Assembly: GCF_001194135.2 (NCBI RefSeq)
Contig: NC_068983.1
Span: 62,124,359-62,188,358, forward strand
Direction: 5' to 3'
Origin: Octopus bimaculoides
Taxonomy: Eukaryota
DNA length: 64,000 nt
Shown: positions 11,139 through 23,945 of the stretch, piece after piece
How the letters are laid out: the number at the start of each line of letters is the position of its first letter
Numbering within the stretch: the first letter of the stretch is position 1
Notes under the pieces: model-generated
What the model was told of the DNA's origin: nothing
Database searches by the model: none
Seen by the model: the letters and a program-made list of their open reading frames with translations, nothing else
Translations under genes and position numbers: made by a program

Positions 11139-12375
11139 ATTAGCCGTCTGAGAAATTTTCAAAAGCTTTATAAATATTTGTGCATTAAATATAAATTTGT
11201 GTATTTACACATATTTTTGCATAGACATATTGGATAATTTATGTATAATTTATATAAATACACATTATTTGATGTATTTAATAATAAAATATATAAATTC
11301 ATATAAATTTTCTAAGTGCTTATTCACAAAGCATTTAATTATTTGCTCAGAAAGCTAATTTGTTTTAACTTGTAGTGCGCCCTTTGTAATCCTCCTAAAT
11401 AACTTACGCATTATTTTTAATAAATGGCATCACTCAATACTCATTAATGGAAATGATTTACAACAAAATATCTGATGCCATTCAGTGCAATTCGCTAATA
11501 AACTATTATTAAGCAGTAATGGTGTGACTGTAGAACAATTATTTGGAAGAACTTTGTTGCGGATTTCTTTAGATTTCTTGTTTATAGTCAAGCATATAGG
11601 GAAGTTTTATGCAGTCATTTTGCCTGCTAGAAACTATATATATCTTGTGTACCCATATCTTGCAGAGTATTTGAAAAAAGAATGCCTCTGCATATTATAT
11701 GTTGTAATTATAATATTCTTTTCATTCCTGCACACATATATTATTTACTTTAATATAGTGATTCACACTAATTTTCGCAGTACTTATACTTTTTGTAAGG
11801 AGATCTAATAAGGTCGAAAGATGTTCAGGGTTGTTTCTCTTACTTAACAGATATAATTTTAGTCATTGAACTAATGTTTACTTTTCCTTACTTTTTCCCA
11901 GTCAGTGACATAGATGATAACTTTAACTTTATTGTTATTTTTTGTACAGGTGACGTTTAAAGGCATTGGGACATAGTAACTAATATCATATAACCACATA
12001 AAAATCTCAGGTTATTCTTTTGCAGAAGTATTTTGTGAATGACCGAATAAATTTCATCATGTAACTGGTTATTATGAACATCATTCAATTCAGATTCAAA
12101 GAAAAGACTTTTATTCTGAAATAACTATTAGATATGAAAAACATCGACTAAGAAAATAAAAAAGTCAAAATATATTCATTGTTTAGACTCTTGAAGTAGA
12201 AATTCTACAACCTGATCACGTTCTACATTAATTACCTGGATATGTATGCTGAGGTTAGTGTTCAATGCTGTAAGCATAGATAATGCTTATTCAAAAGATA
12301 TAAACGATAAAATGTTTATTCAGTGAGAAAACTATAGTCCCATCGAATTCAAAATGTAGACGCGTACGATTATAG

Positions 12376-12495
<120 letters not shown>

Positions 12496-13184
12496 ATATG
12501 TATACCTGTGATACATAAAAGGTGTTTACATGAACACATTAGAGTAGTCAACACGGGTATAGAGTGAAACAAGAATACCATAAGATCCGTTATAAAAAAA
12601 AAAAACATCTTTACTTCTAGTTCTACATTTCTTGAAAACAAATCAAATCTTGAAATAATCCAAATAACTAATTACTTAAGACCAGAACGTATGTGAAGTG
12701 ACTTTCGGTTTTGCATGCTTCATCAAAAATTTTCAAAGGGCATCTACTTATTGCATTTAAATAATATATTTGAAAGCAGGAGATTAATAATGGAATATTG
12801 ATAAACGATTCAAAACCTAAGAGGAATAGTGAAAGATACAGAAAAATTAAATTGGAAATTGGTAAAAAATGTAGAGACGCAAAGTGGAAGTACGATTGAA
12901 ACAACTTAATGTTTAAATTTGTTTTATGCAATACAGATGTCATTTATTGGCAAGATTCGGCTTGAGAAAGGTAACTTCTTCAAATATGATCCGCACTGCG
13001 TTACAACTCTTTGTAAGAGACAAGTGTTTATGATTCTGTATGTGCAGTGAACCTCAATTAATTTTGTTGGTTTACGTATTACATCATTTTTCATGTTGGG
13101 AATATTGCTTGAATTCAGATTTATTAAACAGTATTTGTCATTATTCTCCACGTCAGCAGAGATTGAGGAGAACTATGACCAAAG

Positions 13185-13300
13185 CATTGCAGCTGTAACC
13201 TTCCATTCTTTCTGGGATTATATCTAGAACTACATTATCAAATAGTTTATTTCTTACTTAAGACGGCAGGTGTGTGATTTGAGTGAGAATGAGATTTGAG
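13185..13300. mobile_element. Degenerate interspersed repeat, family D
   Basis: caaagcattgcagctgtaacc...tatatctagaactacattatc...aagacggcaggtgtgtgatttgag; shared with 42205-42410 and 48205-48350. Confidence 0.5.
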
Positions 13301-13659
13301 AGGGCTTCAGTTAAAAAAAAACATTCAGTATCGATTTGGTTGAAGAGAATTCTGCTTCGTATATGTTCACGTATCAATTCATTTTATTCTTTCAATTAGG
13401 CAGGCATGATGGAAAATATGTAAATTGACGCTGGAGTATCATCTGGCACACACCCATTTTTCATTTTAACATTTACTCTAAAATTTCTAGCCCTAACAGA
13501 TAAATATTTAACCACTCTATCACCGTGAAAGTTATTTAATATGAACAAAGGACAAGGGAGTTAGTGCCATACTCCCAACACAAACGTTCTGCAATATATA
13601 AGGCAAAAAATGTAACTATGGCTAATCCCATATGCAAAAAATAAATTGTATGCATGTAT

Positions 13660-13770
13660 ATATGTAATTATTCAGTTTATTTCAAGTTTTCTTGCCTATA
13701 GAGAAAGAACTGGTTTCTAACCTAGATCCAAGGTTCCTTCATTGGAATTTCAACATCAACAACAGGGTAT
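13660..13770. repeat. Dispersed ~110-bp repeat linked to (TATG)n, copy 1
   Basis: attattcagtttatttcaagttttcttgcctatagagaaagaactggtttctaacctagatcc...attggaatttcaacatcaacaa recurs in direct orientation at 15355-15445. Confidence 0.85.
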
Positions 13771-13859
13771 GTATGTATGTATGTATGTATGTATGTATGT
13801 ATGTATGTATGTATGTGTGTATATATGTATGTATGTATGCATGTATGTATGTATGTGTG

Positions 13860-13893
<34 letters not shown>

Positions 13894-15034
13894 TGTACGC
13901 ATGTATGTGCAGATTCGTATGTTTTATGTATGTATTCCCATGCATATAGTTACTTATCTAAACATGCTAAGATATATTTAAGTGACAAACTTCTCGATAA
14001 TTTTACAGATTTTTACGGTTACAGTGATGGAGTGGATCTGTAGTCTGCGAATTAGCGTTCTCCTTTCTGGTTTTGAGAAGCCTAATTTCTCAAGATTGGT
14101 ATTATACATCAAGTTCTAGCATGCAATTGGCTGATAGTTTTTTGCCATGTGGTTCTGCATTTCGGGATCAATTTTGTCTCTACCAGAGCTAACCAGTGTA
14201 GTATGCTACTGTTCTCAATGAAAGCTTGCTGGTACAGATTGATAAGATATGGTCGGTAGAATGTTAGCTTCTTGTACCAATACCCAACAATCAAGTCTCT
14301 CCCAGGTGTATGTATGTATGTATGTATGTATGAATGCACCTATCTCTCTTTCTCTCTCTCTCTATATATATATGTATGTGTGTGTATATATATACATACT
14401 CCCTCGCATAAGCATACTACACCATACAGACACGCTCGCGCACACACACACATACTCATAGTTCGTAATCAATTATATACACAATATTCGATAATATAAA
14501 TAAAGAATATTCCTTCTACATCAAATGCATAAGTTTCTAACATCTGTCGTACCCTCGTCAACGAGTAAATTGATATAGCCTATATATAAAGTCTATTAAT
14601 ATATGCACCTTGGCCTGTTCCGCGATGTTGATAAAAAAATGGACGGCATATCACATTCAGGGACTATTCCTATTCATCGGCGAATAATGTATGAGTGAAG
14701 AAGCTCGAATATGTCAGATATGGGCAGCAATCATGAAAGTCCTTTCCTGATACATCACCTAATGTACGTTTACTTTGCTCAATCCGTAAAATAAGCTTCT
14801 AATAAATAAAAAGGGAGTGTAGTTCGAATATTTTTAAAACAAGTCCTTTCTTAGCCATTAGTGACGAAGAACAGCAAAATTCGTGCAGAGACCAAGTCAC
14901 TTTCCCTCACTGATAAAAAATATTCCAGCTGTCAGATACATAAGGTTTTGTGGTAAAATTGTTTTATATTTTAACATTTGCGTGTTGAAGTGTATTAAAC
15001 TGCATTATTATTGTTATCATGACTTTACTTCATC

Positions 15035-15181
15035 CAGGTATATAGTTATCATAATGTGAATATATTAGGAGATATATTGAGAAATACGTATACTTATGTA
15101 GAAAGACAGGTATATAGTTATCATAATGTGAATATATTAGGAGATATATTGAGAAATACGTATACTTATGTAGAAAGACAG
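15035..15181. repeat. Perfect 72-bp tandem duplication
   Basis: 15035-15106 is identical to 15107-15178, plus a 3-nt CAG overlap. Confidence 0.93.
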
Positions 15182-15354
15182 ATGGGGTATGGAAGTGGAG
15201 AGAATGTATTGGAATTTTAGATAACCACTTATATCTATCTGTGCGTTTGTCTGCATGTGCATGAGAGTATATACCCATTTAATTTTTTTTTGTATATGCA
15301 TAAAAAGATATATGTATGTACGTATGTATGTATGTATGTATGTATGTATGTATG

Positions 15355-15445
15355 TCATTATTCAGTTTTATTTCAAAATTTCTTGCCAATAAAGGAAGAG
15401 CCGGTTTCTAACCTAGATCCATTGGAATTTCAACATCAACAAGGT
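15355..15445. repeat. Dispersed repeat linked to (TATG)n, copy 2 (small internal deletion)
   Basis: Matches 13660-13770 but lacks the aaggttccttc segment. Confidence 0.85.
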
Positions 15446-16694
15446 ATTATGCATGTATGTATATATGTATGTGTGTATGTATGTATGTATGTATGTATGT
15501 ATGTATACATCTGTGCATATATATTATATAGAAGTGTATGTGTATGAGAGGGCATATATATGTGTATGTTTATATGTACGTATGTGTTCATACTTTTATT
15601 TTCTGTACGATGACAACTGTATATTATTAAATCTACAAGACTTTGTTTATTGAGATATTATACACAAACATACGCATATACATATATAATGTCTCATTTA
15701 TGCTGTGTGTGTACGTGTGTATCTGTGTATGCGTATAAATATATACACACTGACAAAGACAGAAAGGGGGATGAGACAGATTGATAGAAATAGATAGATA
15801 TTGGATTTTATTCGTTTGCCATAAATCGCAACTCACTGGACCATATTTTATATAATCTCTTAAATAAATTAATATAAACACGTAGCTTATTAATCTTTTT
15901 ATGTTAATATGTCATGGCAAACTGTGCATCTGCAGAACATTTGATTCGAATATTTTCTTGTATCTCCGTTGAATACTTGCTATTTTAATGTCGTTTTATT
16001 GAACACATAACACATGCATATTAACTTTAGTTGAATGTTCCATCGTTCTCGACGATGAGTATTGCAGCTGCTTATTTAACGGAAATAGCTCTTTCTTGGA
16101 TTACAATGTTTTAAGTTCCTGACTATTCCACTGTTGAGGTTGATTATTTATTCTGTTATCAACGTTTAGCCACCAATGTAGCTCTAATTGATCAGAGATA
16201 TGAAGAAGTGCTTCCTATATTCTTTTCTCAGCAGTGTTGTAATTAGAGACGACATCTCGTGTGTACTTTTTAAGATGGCTGAGTATGGTTTGAGTGAAAT
16301 TTTGGTTGCTATTTCTGGCAAATTGCGTGACCACATTGATACTCCCAGTTTGGTAAAGCTCTGTCTTTGAATTAGAAGAACAGTATGTCATACAGGCTTC
16401 TACATACTTGTCACTTTTTCAAATTCAAACGCAAACCTTGCATTGACTGGATGCTGTTATGGAAGGCACTTGCCAAAGAGCGGCATAGTGGGAGGCAATA
16501 AAAGGCATTATCATAATAAGCGAAATTCTTATCTACTTATCAAATACACATGTGCGTATATATACATGCATACATTAGGCAAATATGCTTAGGCAGCACA
16601 CAAAAAAGTTTATCGTTCTGTATTAGCAGAGGTTAGAGGGCTTAACAGTTTAGAAACTAAAGAGAAGCAAACGTAAAAAGAGAACAATGATAAT

Positions 16695-16697
<3 letters not shown>

Positions 16698-16760
<63 letters not shown>
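16698..16760. repeat. (GA)n microsatellite
   Basis: Directly visible. Confidence 0.97.
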
Positions 16761-16761
<1 letters not shown>

Positions 16762-17551
16762 CAGAAAGAAAGAGAAAGATTCGTGGATGCAGTTTTATAA
16801 TCTAGTATCAAATTCAAAGTAAACATTTGCTAGACACTAATGGCGCTTACCTTTCCTGGAGTTTTTGGAGGGGGAACATTTAAATTAGAGATAACTCTGA
16901 GTTCTATTAGGTAAAGCCTGTTTGTAAAATAACTACAAGTATCATCCGCGTTACGGAGGTATTGCATTACTGAATATCTTGCCATGATGAAGAATTGCGT
17001 AATGAGAAACGCCTTCTTCCCATGGCTTCCATGTTTATTGCCTATCACGTAACAAGGCAGTCAATAGGAAAAAGTTTCATTTTGCAGAATTCCGAATAAT
17101 GGTAACATTTTTACGAATGTAACGCTTTCATAACGTGAGGTCATCCTGTTTGATCAATATTGACTTAGATGGTGGGCTGTTTATTCTGATTTACTTCGGC
17201 AGGTACGCTGAATATTAGGTTTCGGTGTGGAGATCAGAAGAGAGAACGTAAAAAGTTTGTAGTTACCTTCTATACCTGTCGAAATATCGAAAATAATATT
17301 AGTTAAAAGAAAAACATTGATTTTCCTCCCTCATATTTATTTTCAGTTAGCTCTCTAATGGTACATACACTGAATATGTTAACACTAGCTGAACTCGGTG
17401 AAAATCTCGGTTGACTATCTAGTTTTCAAATGGACGGTTCATATTCCGTAGAGTGTGACGCGTGAAGTAGACCCCGTTGCCAATATTACTATAGAAAATA
17501 TATAGCTTACCAGTGTAAGCCATTGGTGTCATATATATATATATATATATA

Positions 17552-17584
<33 letters not shown>

Positions 17585-17885
17585 GTATGTGTGTGTGTGT
17601 TCGTGCGTGTTTGTGTATGTAGGTGGAAAATAAGATACAGATTCAGAGAAGCGTGCAGCAGTCGCCAGAAAGCCCATTCTGCAGATTAGGTTATCAATCT
17701 ATATAGAAATCAATTAAAAAGTAGTGTTACGCAACATAGCCACGTAGCTGTACATCCCCAAAATTCGGGCGATACAGTTATTCTGTGAGGTATATATAAA
17801 GCACAAATTCAAGTGGTATGAAGTGTGCACGATTAAACAAATCCATAAGCACCTATCATATCTCCTGATTTTATGTCATATAAAT

Positions 17886-17937
<52 letters not shown>

Positions 17938-17955
17938 AAAAAACATGTATGTATT

Positions 17956-18160
17956 CCCCGGTGGAATTTGAACTCAGAAGGTAAATACAGACGAAATACC
18001 GGTATTTCGACTGTCTTTACTTATTGAGTTTAAATTTCACCGAGGTCGACTTCGCCTTTCATCCTTTCGGGGTCGATAAATTAAGTACTATTGCTTACTA
18101 GGGTCGATCTAATCGATTGGCCCCCTCCCGCAGAATTTCGGGCTTGTTTCTAGAGTAGGA
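17956..18160. mobile_element. Family A SINE (+, 18001-18160) fused head-to-head to an inverted 45-bp partial copy (-, 17956-18000)
   Basis: + strand: gagtttaaatttcaccgaggtcgacttcgcctttcatcctttcggggtcgataaattaagtac. The left arm is the reverse complement of 18001-18045 with no spacer (TACC|GGTA). Confidence 0.85.
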
Positions 18161-18228
18161 AATAATAAGTATATATATAGTTCTCCTTCACGGTTTAATA
18201 TTGGGAAAAGCTGATTTTCATTAATTTT

Positions 18229-18276
<48 letters not shown>

Positions 18277-19758
18277 TATATATACACACACAAAAATTAA
18301 TAAAAAATCCTCTCCTTGTTATTTAACAGAGTGACGTAGAATATAGGTGGAGAGGTAGATCAAACGTTATGACGATCTTATACTTTTCAAGGACATTAAC
18401 AGTGAAAATGAACTTAAGTCACTTTAAACAGGAAACAAAGCAAGTCAGATTTATTCCGCTGGCAGCTTCTATGCTAAAGAAAAACGGGATTATCGGGGAA
18501 TTATATTGATCATATATATGCTAAACTACTACTACTCCTCATGACCAACACTACCCACAACCACCTCTGGCGCACAAAATACTGTTGAAATTGTTCCAAA
18601 GAGATCAGTGGAGGAGTTATTGTTTTAAACATTGAATTAGTAACTCCACAACATCACGATACCTTCTGATTCTTTTATTTTCCAGTTCGCTCTGGCATGA
18701 TGGTCATTGAATCAGATGTAGAGCCGTGATCTTTGTACTTATATCATATCCGAGGTACACAGGAAGGATCCAAACTCAACACCGAGAGATATTGAAACAC
18801 ACGTCAACTTTATAGTACTGCTTCTGATTACATCGGTAAGTTTTATTTTCTACTCTGTGGCACTTGCTTAAAACTAGATAGAGTAGGTTAAATGTCTTAA
18901 CCACGTATAGAGTACAAGTACTACTCCGGGTGACAGGATATGAACTGTTGTCCTTTCTGCTTGCTATACGATATCCTTTCATCTTGATCATCTTCAAGTT
19001 TATCGTTCTTAAAGAAGGTAAATATTTTGCTAATTATCAATGGAGATGCCAGCATTTTTCTTTTTTCATTATTCTGCATATGCTCTCGCAATACATTCGA
19101 TCATTAGATTTGATAACTTGAACTGCAGGTTAAACGCTCAAATGCTATATACTGCTCAATTCGAGTATTCTGACTCACTCGTTTCTTTACCTTTTCATCT
19201 CTTATCACCAGTCATACTGTATCCAGGATACGGCCACTCGTCTCTCCACCCACACCATTCTTACAAAAATGTCTACCATCTTGAATTTCTACTCTGCATA
19301 TATGTGTTTCTCCGTGCATCCATCGATTTGCAGTTTATTCGAGAGAAACAACTGTGACGATACTCTTGGTCTCGGGGTATTTAGAGGTTGATGGGTAATG
19401 GGCACCGCCCGTTTTGTAGCATGAATCCGACAAGAAATCCATAAATTAGAGTTAGAAACTGGATTTTTGCATGGAGCCATTCTTCCGTCATATTCTAGTA
19501 ACGATTGAGAGAGAAATGTTTTTGTTAGCCTCAAAACATTGTAACCGTAGACAGAACTTCAACGCCACATTGGCTCTCTGACTCATTTATCCAATCCGAA
19601 CCGAGCGTGTATACTTCTATTACTACTACTCCTCATACATACTTATATATATATATATATACAAATATATGTGTACATATTTACATACGCATACATATAC
19701 AAGCATACACGTATGCACATAAGTTCTAGTGACACTGTTACTACTATTACTACTACTA

Positions 19759-19799
<41 letters not shown>

Positions 19800-20290
19800 A
19801 CTACTACCAACAACACCAGCACCAACACAAGTGCTCCACTTTGTCATCAACACTGTATGTCACCGGCATCATCCCACTCAATACCGTTTATATAGCAACA
19901 GCCTATATCATAATATTAAATACGATACCACCGTAATCATTATACATTCAGTTTCATAACTATAACCAAAGCTACATGCATACATAACAAATATAACACA
20001 TGAAATATGATTATTCTAATCAGAATAAAGACATATCGACATATGTCCACATAGCTTGATATTACACGCTGGTCGGTTGGTCACAGATGCTGGATTATGA
20101 CTAATCTATTGCACTCTACAAACGTGAAACACTATTCCATACATTTTAATATTTTGGACTGACCTGCTTATATACATACACACACATACACACGTTTATA
20201 CACGCATTCGTACAGAAATAGTATATGCATATACGTTTGCATGTATGTGTTTATATAAATGCACCCATATATGTGTATATAAATATACAC

Positions 20291-20323
<33 letters not shown>

Positions 20324-20574
20324 GAGTGAGAAAGAAAGAGAGTGAGGGTGAAAGAAACAGAGCGAAAGAGAGAGAGAGAAAGGGATGCCTGCTACCAAGT
20401 CATATTTGAAAGATAGCCGTACTACATACATACATAAATTCATGCATGCATACATACATTCACGCATGCATGCATGCATACATACATACACACATACATA
20501 CATACATATATGCATACAGACAGACAGACAGACAGACAGACATCACACACACACATCATATACGCTCCTGTCGT

Positions 20575-20838
20575 AGACGACAGATGCGATTTCCGCAATT
20601 TCTTTCTGAACAAACAAGACAGATAATTTGTTTATATTAGTCAAAACGTTTGTGCTGTTCATTAGCTCACTCCTTCCATAAAATCGGCATTGCCTGTACA
20701 GGCGTACCGTGTGCCATACATCTGATATCGAAGTGATCACAGACAACTGAAGAAAATGCAACATCCGACCCGCGAATCGAAACTGCGATCTTGCAATTCT
20801 ATGTGCGACATACGAATCACTAGGCCACACTTCCTCAC
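20575..20838 (-). mobile_element. tRNA-derived SINE (family C-like)
   Basis: Minus strand GTGAGGAAGTGTGGCCTAGTGA (A box)...AGTTTCGATTCGC (B box); 3' end resembles the family C terminus. Confidence 0.7.
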
Positions 20839-20989
20839 TAATACATACAACACACGCATACTAACATACGTACACACATTCATACATACATACATACATA
20901 CACACATAGATACACATACATACGTACATACATATACATATACACACATATATATATTTATATGTATGTATTGCATTAAAGAAACAATG

Positions 20990-21540
20990 AATATTCTATT
21001 CAGTTTCTCTCACATATCCCAGCTACCCATCATCTTCTTCGTCCACTGCTGTCACCAAACTGACTCTACCATTTGTCATTTTCTCCCTTCCACTCCCAAT
21101 CTTTTCTGTAAGTGCGTGTGCATCAAACGTAGTCCCTTCATAGTTCCTCCTTCCAACACCCCGTCCACCTGATCGAGTACCCTACCTGCTTTTGTCGTGC
21201 TTTTGCCATGCACTTGAATACTCAACCTTCTGCCTTGCTCTTTCCATTGAATGTGTTTCATTAATATCCACATTTCTACACCCACGCTCTCAGCTCCACA
21301 TATACGGGCGTTCACACTAATCCCGTAACGATTACTCGAACACACCAATATCCCACCTCAATAAACACCACCACTGTACTTCCTCATTTGCCCGAGTTTA
21401 CACATACCATTTCAAAACATAAATCCTGATGCATACAGCTACGCACCCTCCTATTCCTCCTTTCTTAAACTCACTTTGTAGAACAGCATGCACATTTGCT
21501 GTTTAACACTACGATTCCCCTCTGTGTCCCTCCTTTTCAT
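20990..21540 (+). mobile_element. Decayed Penelope-like element 3' fragment (GIY-YIG region)
   Basis: Frameshifted motifs HQTDSTICHFLPSTP, QLHIYGRS, RLLEH and NTPISHLNKHHHCTSSFARVY resemble the PLE linker and GIY-YIG domain. A hammerhead-core motif follows at 21594. Confidence 0.45.
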
Positions 21541-21589
21541 ATATAATGACTATTTCTCTTTTATCACTCCCGTTATTCTGTCTTTCATT

Positions 21590-21620
21590 TCTTCTGACGA
21601 GGAAACTTCGAAATGTTACG
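21590..21620 (+). ncRNA. Degenerate minimal hammerhead ribozyme motif
   Basis: CTGACGA(21594-21600)-GGA aac TTC-GAAA-TG-TT. The core is intact and stem II has 3 bp. The palindromic ACGT has decayed to ATGT and stem I is weak. Confidence 0.4.
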
Positions 21621-21770
21621 ACAGTTTCTTTTTCTATTGCATTATTAAGCTAACACCAGTTTTATCAGATTTCGTTCTTCCTGGGTTATTTTTGTCAATG
21701 TTTATTGCATCTATCCCACGCTTGTATATATTTGTCTATGTATATACATACATCTATATATATATACATG

Positions 21771-21863
<93 letters not shown>

Positions 21864-22250
21864 GTGTTGATAATGATGATGATAGTATTAGTAATGAACT
21901 ACGCAAAATGTACCCAAGATGTTATGTAGAATATAATTACATATATTCAGCTAATGCCTTCTGCCGTTACTTCAAATTTCACGAATGTTTGATCAAACGA
22001 TGTTGTTCTACAACGAAAAGTCGTTAATCATTATAAACCAACACAGACGTCTGACTGATAGCACATTTATTAAACTTAATGTAACGATTGAAAGCATCGC
22101 TCGAATACACACATACACTTTTACTTAAATATAATAGTAGTGCTAGAAATGAATAATTCGTCGGTATAACAAGAATATTATTTCTTTAGAAAGACTCAAT
22201 TTAACAGAAAATATTTAAAATTATAGATAGTTTTACTAATAATCTTATAC

Positions 22251-22624
22251 GTGAAGGCACAATGGCCCAGTGGTTAGGGCATCGGATCTGCGGTCATAGG
22301 ATCGCGGTTTCGATTCCCAAACCGGGCGTTGTGAGTGTTTATTGAGCGAAAACACCTAAAGCTCCACGTGACTCCGGCAGGGGATGGGGGCGAACCCTGC
22401 TATACTCTTCCACCACAACTTTCTCTCACTCTTACTTCCTGTTTCTGTTGTACCTGTAATTCAAAGGGTCAACCTTGTCACATTCTGTATCACGCTGAAT
22501 ATCCCCGAGAACTACGTTAAGGGTACACGTGTCTGTGGAGTGCTCAGCCACTTGCACGTTAATTTCACGAGCATGCTGTTCCGGATCAACTGGAACGCTC
22601 GACGTCGTAATCGACGGAGTGCCA
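22251..22624 (+). mobile_element. Apparently full-length tRNA-derived SINE, family C
   Basis: A box TGGCCCAGTGG, B box GGTTTCGATTCC; the 3' ~165 nt are shared with the inverted copy at 23036-23345. Confidence 0.88.
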
Positions 22625-22799
22625 AAAGGGGAAAAGATAAAGGAAATCTTATATACACATTTCCTTTAGATATGACTTCACATCTACTGAAATGATAGCA
22701 TATGTGCGTTTCTTTTAATGTGCAAGCCCGAAAGTATTTTCCTCTATGTAATTCAGTTTTTAAATAAATTATCTACATTTACATCCACTAAAACACAAG

Positions 22800-22841
<42 letters not shown>

Positions 22842-23035
22842 CAGACTAATTGGTCATTTCAATATTGTATCTTCTTCATTCCAATGAGAGATTACATTGT
22901 ATTAGGGCTGTTCAGGAAACGATCTGTCCCAGTATAATTTCAAATAAAACGAAGGCTAAATTGAAATAAAAGAAGGAATTTTATAAGTTGTATTGTTTCA
23001 TGGACGGACATATTTACACGCGAATATAGATACTG

Positions 23036-23345
23036 ACTCTCCGTCGGTTACGACGACCAGGTTTCCAGGTGATTCAATCAAAGGAACAATTTTCTCGTGA
23101 AATTAAAGTGCAAGTGGCTGAGCACTCCACAACACGTGTACCATTAACGTAGTTCTCAGGGAAATTCAACGTGACACAGAATGTGATACGGCTGGCTCCT
23201 TTGAAATAGAGGTACTAATAACTTTTGCCACCTAAGTAGACTGAAAAAACGTGAAATAAAGTGTCTTGCTCAAGGGTACAATTCCGCCAGGAATCGAACT
23301 CACGATTGGACCGAATACCCTAACCACTAAGCCACGCGCCTTCAC
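23036..23345 (-). mobile_element. tRNA-derived SINE sharing the family C 3' half but with a different middle segment
   Basis: Minus strand GTGAAGGCGCGTGGCTTAGTGGTTAGGG...GAGTTCGATTCCTGG...TTGAGCAAGACACTTTATTTCAC; 3' half matches 22460-22620. Confidence 0.88.
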
Positions 23346-23906
23346 AAATATAAATTCACACACGCACTCATATATATAAATTGATAAATGCATATGCGTA
23401 AAAAATCTGTACAAGGTAAATGACTCAATATTCCTTTTAAAACCCATAAAATCTTTAAGCTGAGAAATCCTACGAGAATTATGCATTTGAAGGGATATAA
23501 TCGAAAAGCATGTATTGTGAAGCGTGTCTGTCACGTTTCAACATCTCAGATCTTTTGCTTAAAATACATATATCTTGAAAGACAATATAGCTTTTTGCCT
23601 TCAGCGTCATTTGCTGTACAAATGTATCCGAGGACTGTGAGAATAAAGGAGTTCGCAAACAACATGACTATCGTGCGATTGATTTCACTTTCTTAAGACT
23701 CGTTAGGCATTGCTTGCTTCAACTCTGACAAAAATAAGAAAAGCTATGTTCTTTTAAAGAACGCAAAGACTATAACATACAGAAAATTATTCTATACTGC
23801 GTACTTAGTCAGTAGAGGAGTAGTGTAAGTTATCTCAGACGATATTGAAGATAGGCGAAACTAAACAAACGATATTTCCAGTTGCCGAATCACTTCTGAT
23901 TTTTCC

Positions 23907-23945
<39 letters not shown>

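Noticed and set aside
16040-16450. Possible RTE-type LINE remnant on the minus strand
   Set aside because: Only vague motif resemblance (GLRLNLKK, VSNYN..EK); too decayed to support.
19020-19600. Segment more GC-rich than the background, with short ORFs
   Set aside because: No recognisable protein or RNA motif in any frame.
22251-22330. tRNA gene-like sequences (also 23270-23345, 39690-39740, 43109-43160)
   Set aside because: A/B boxes are present, but there is no complete cloverleaf and they run into SINE bodies; they are SINE heads.
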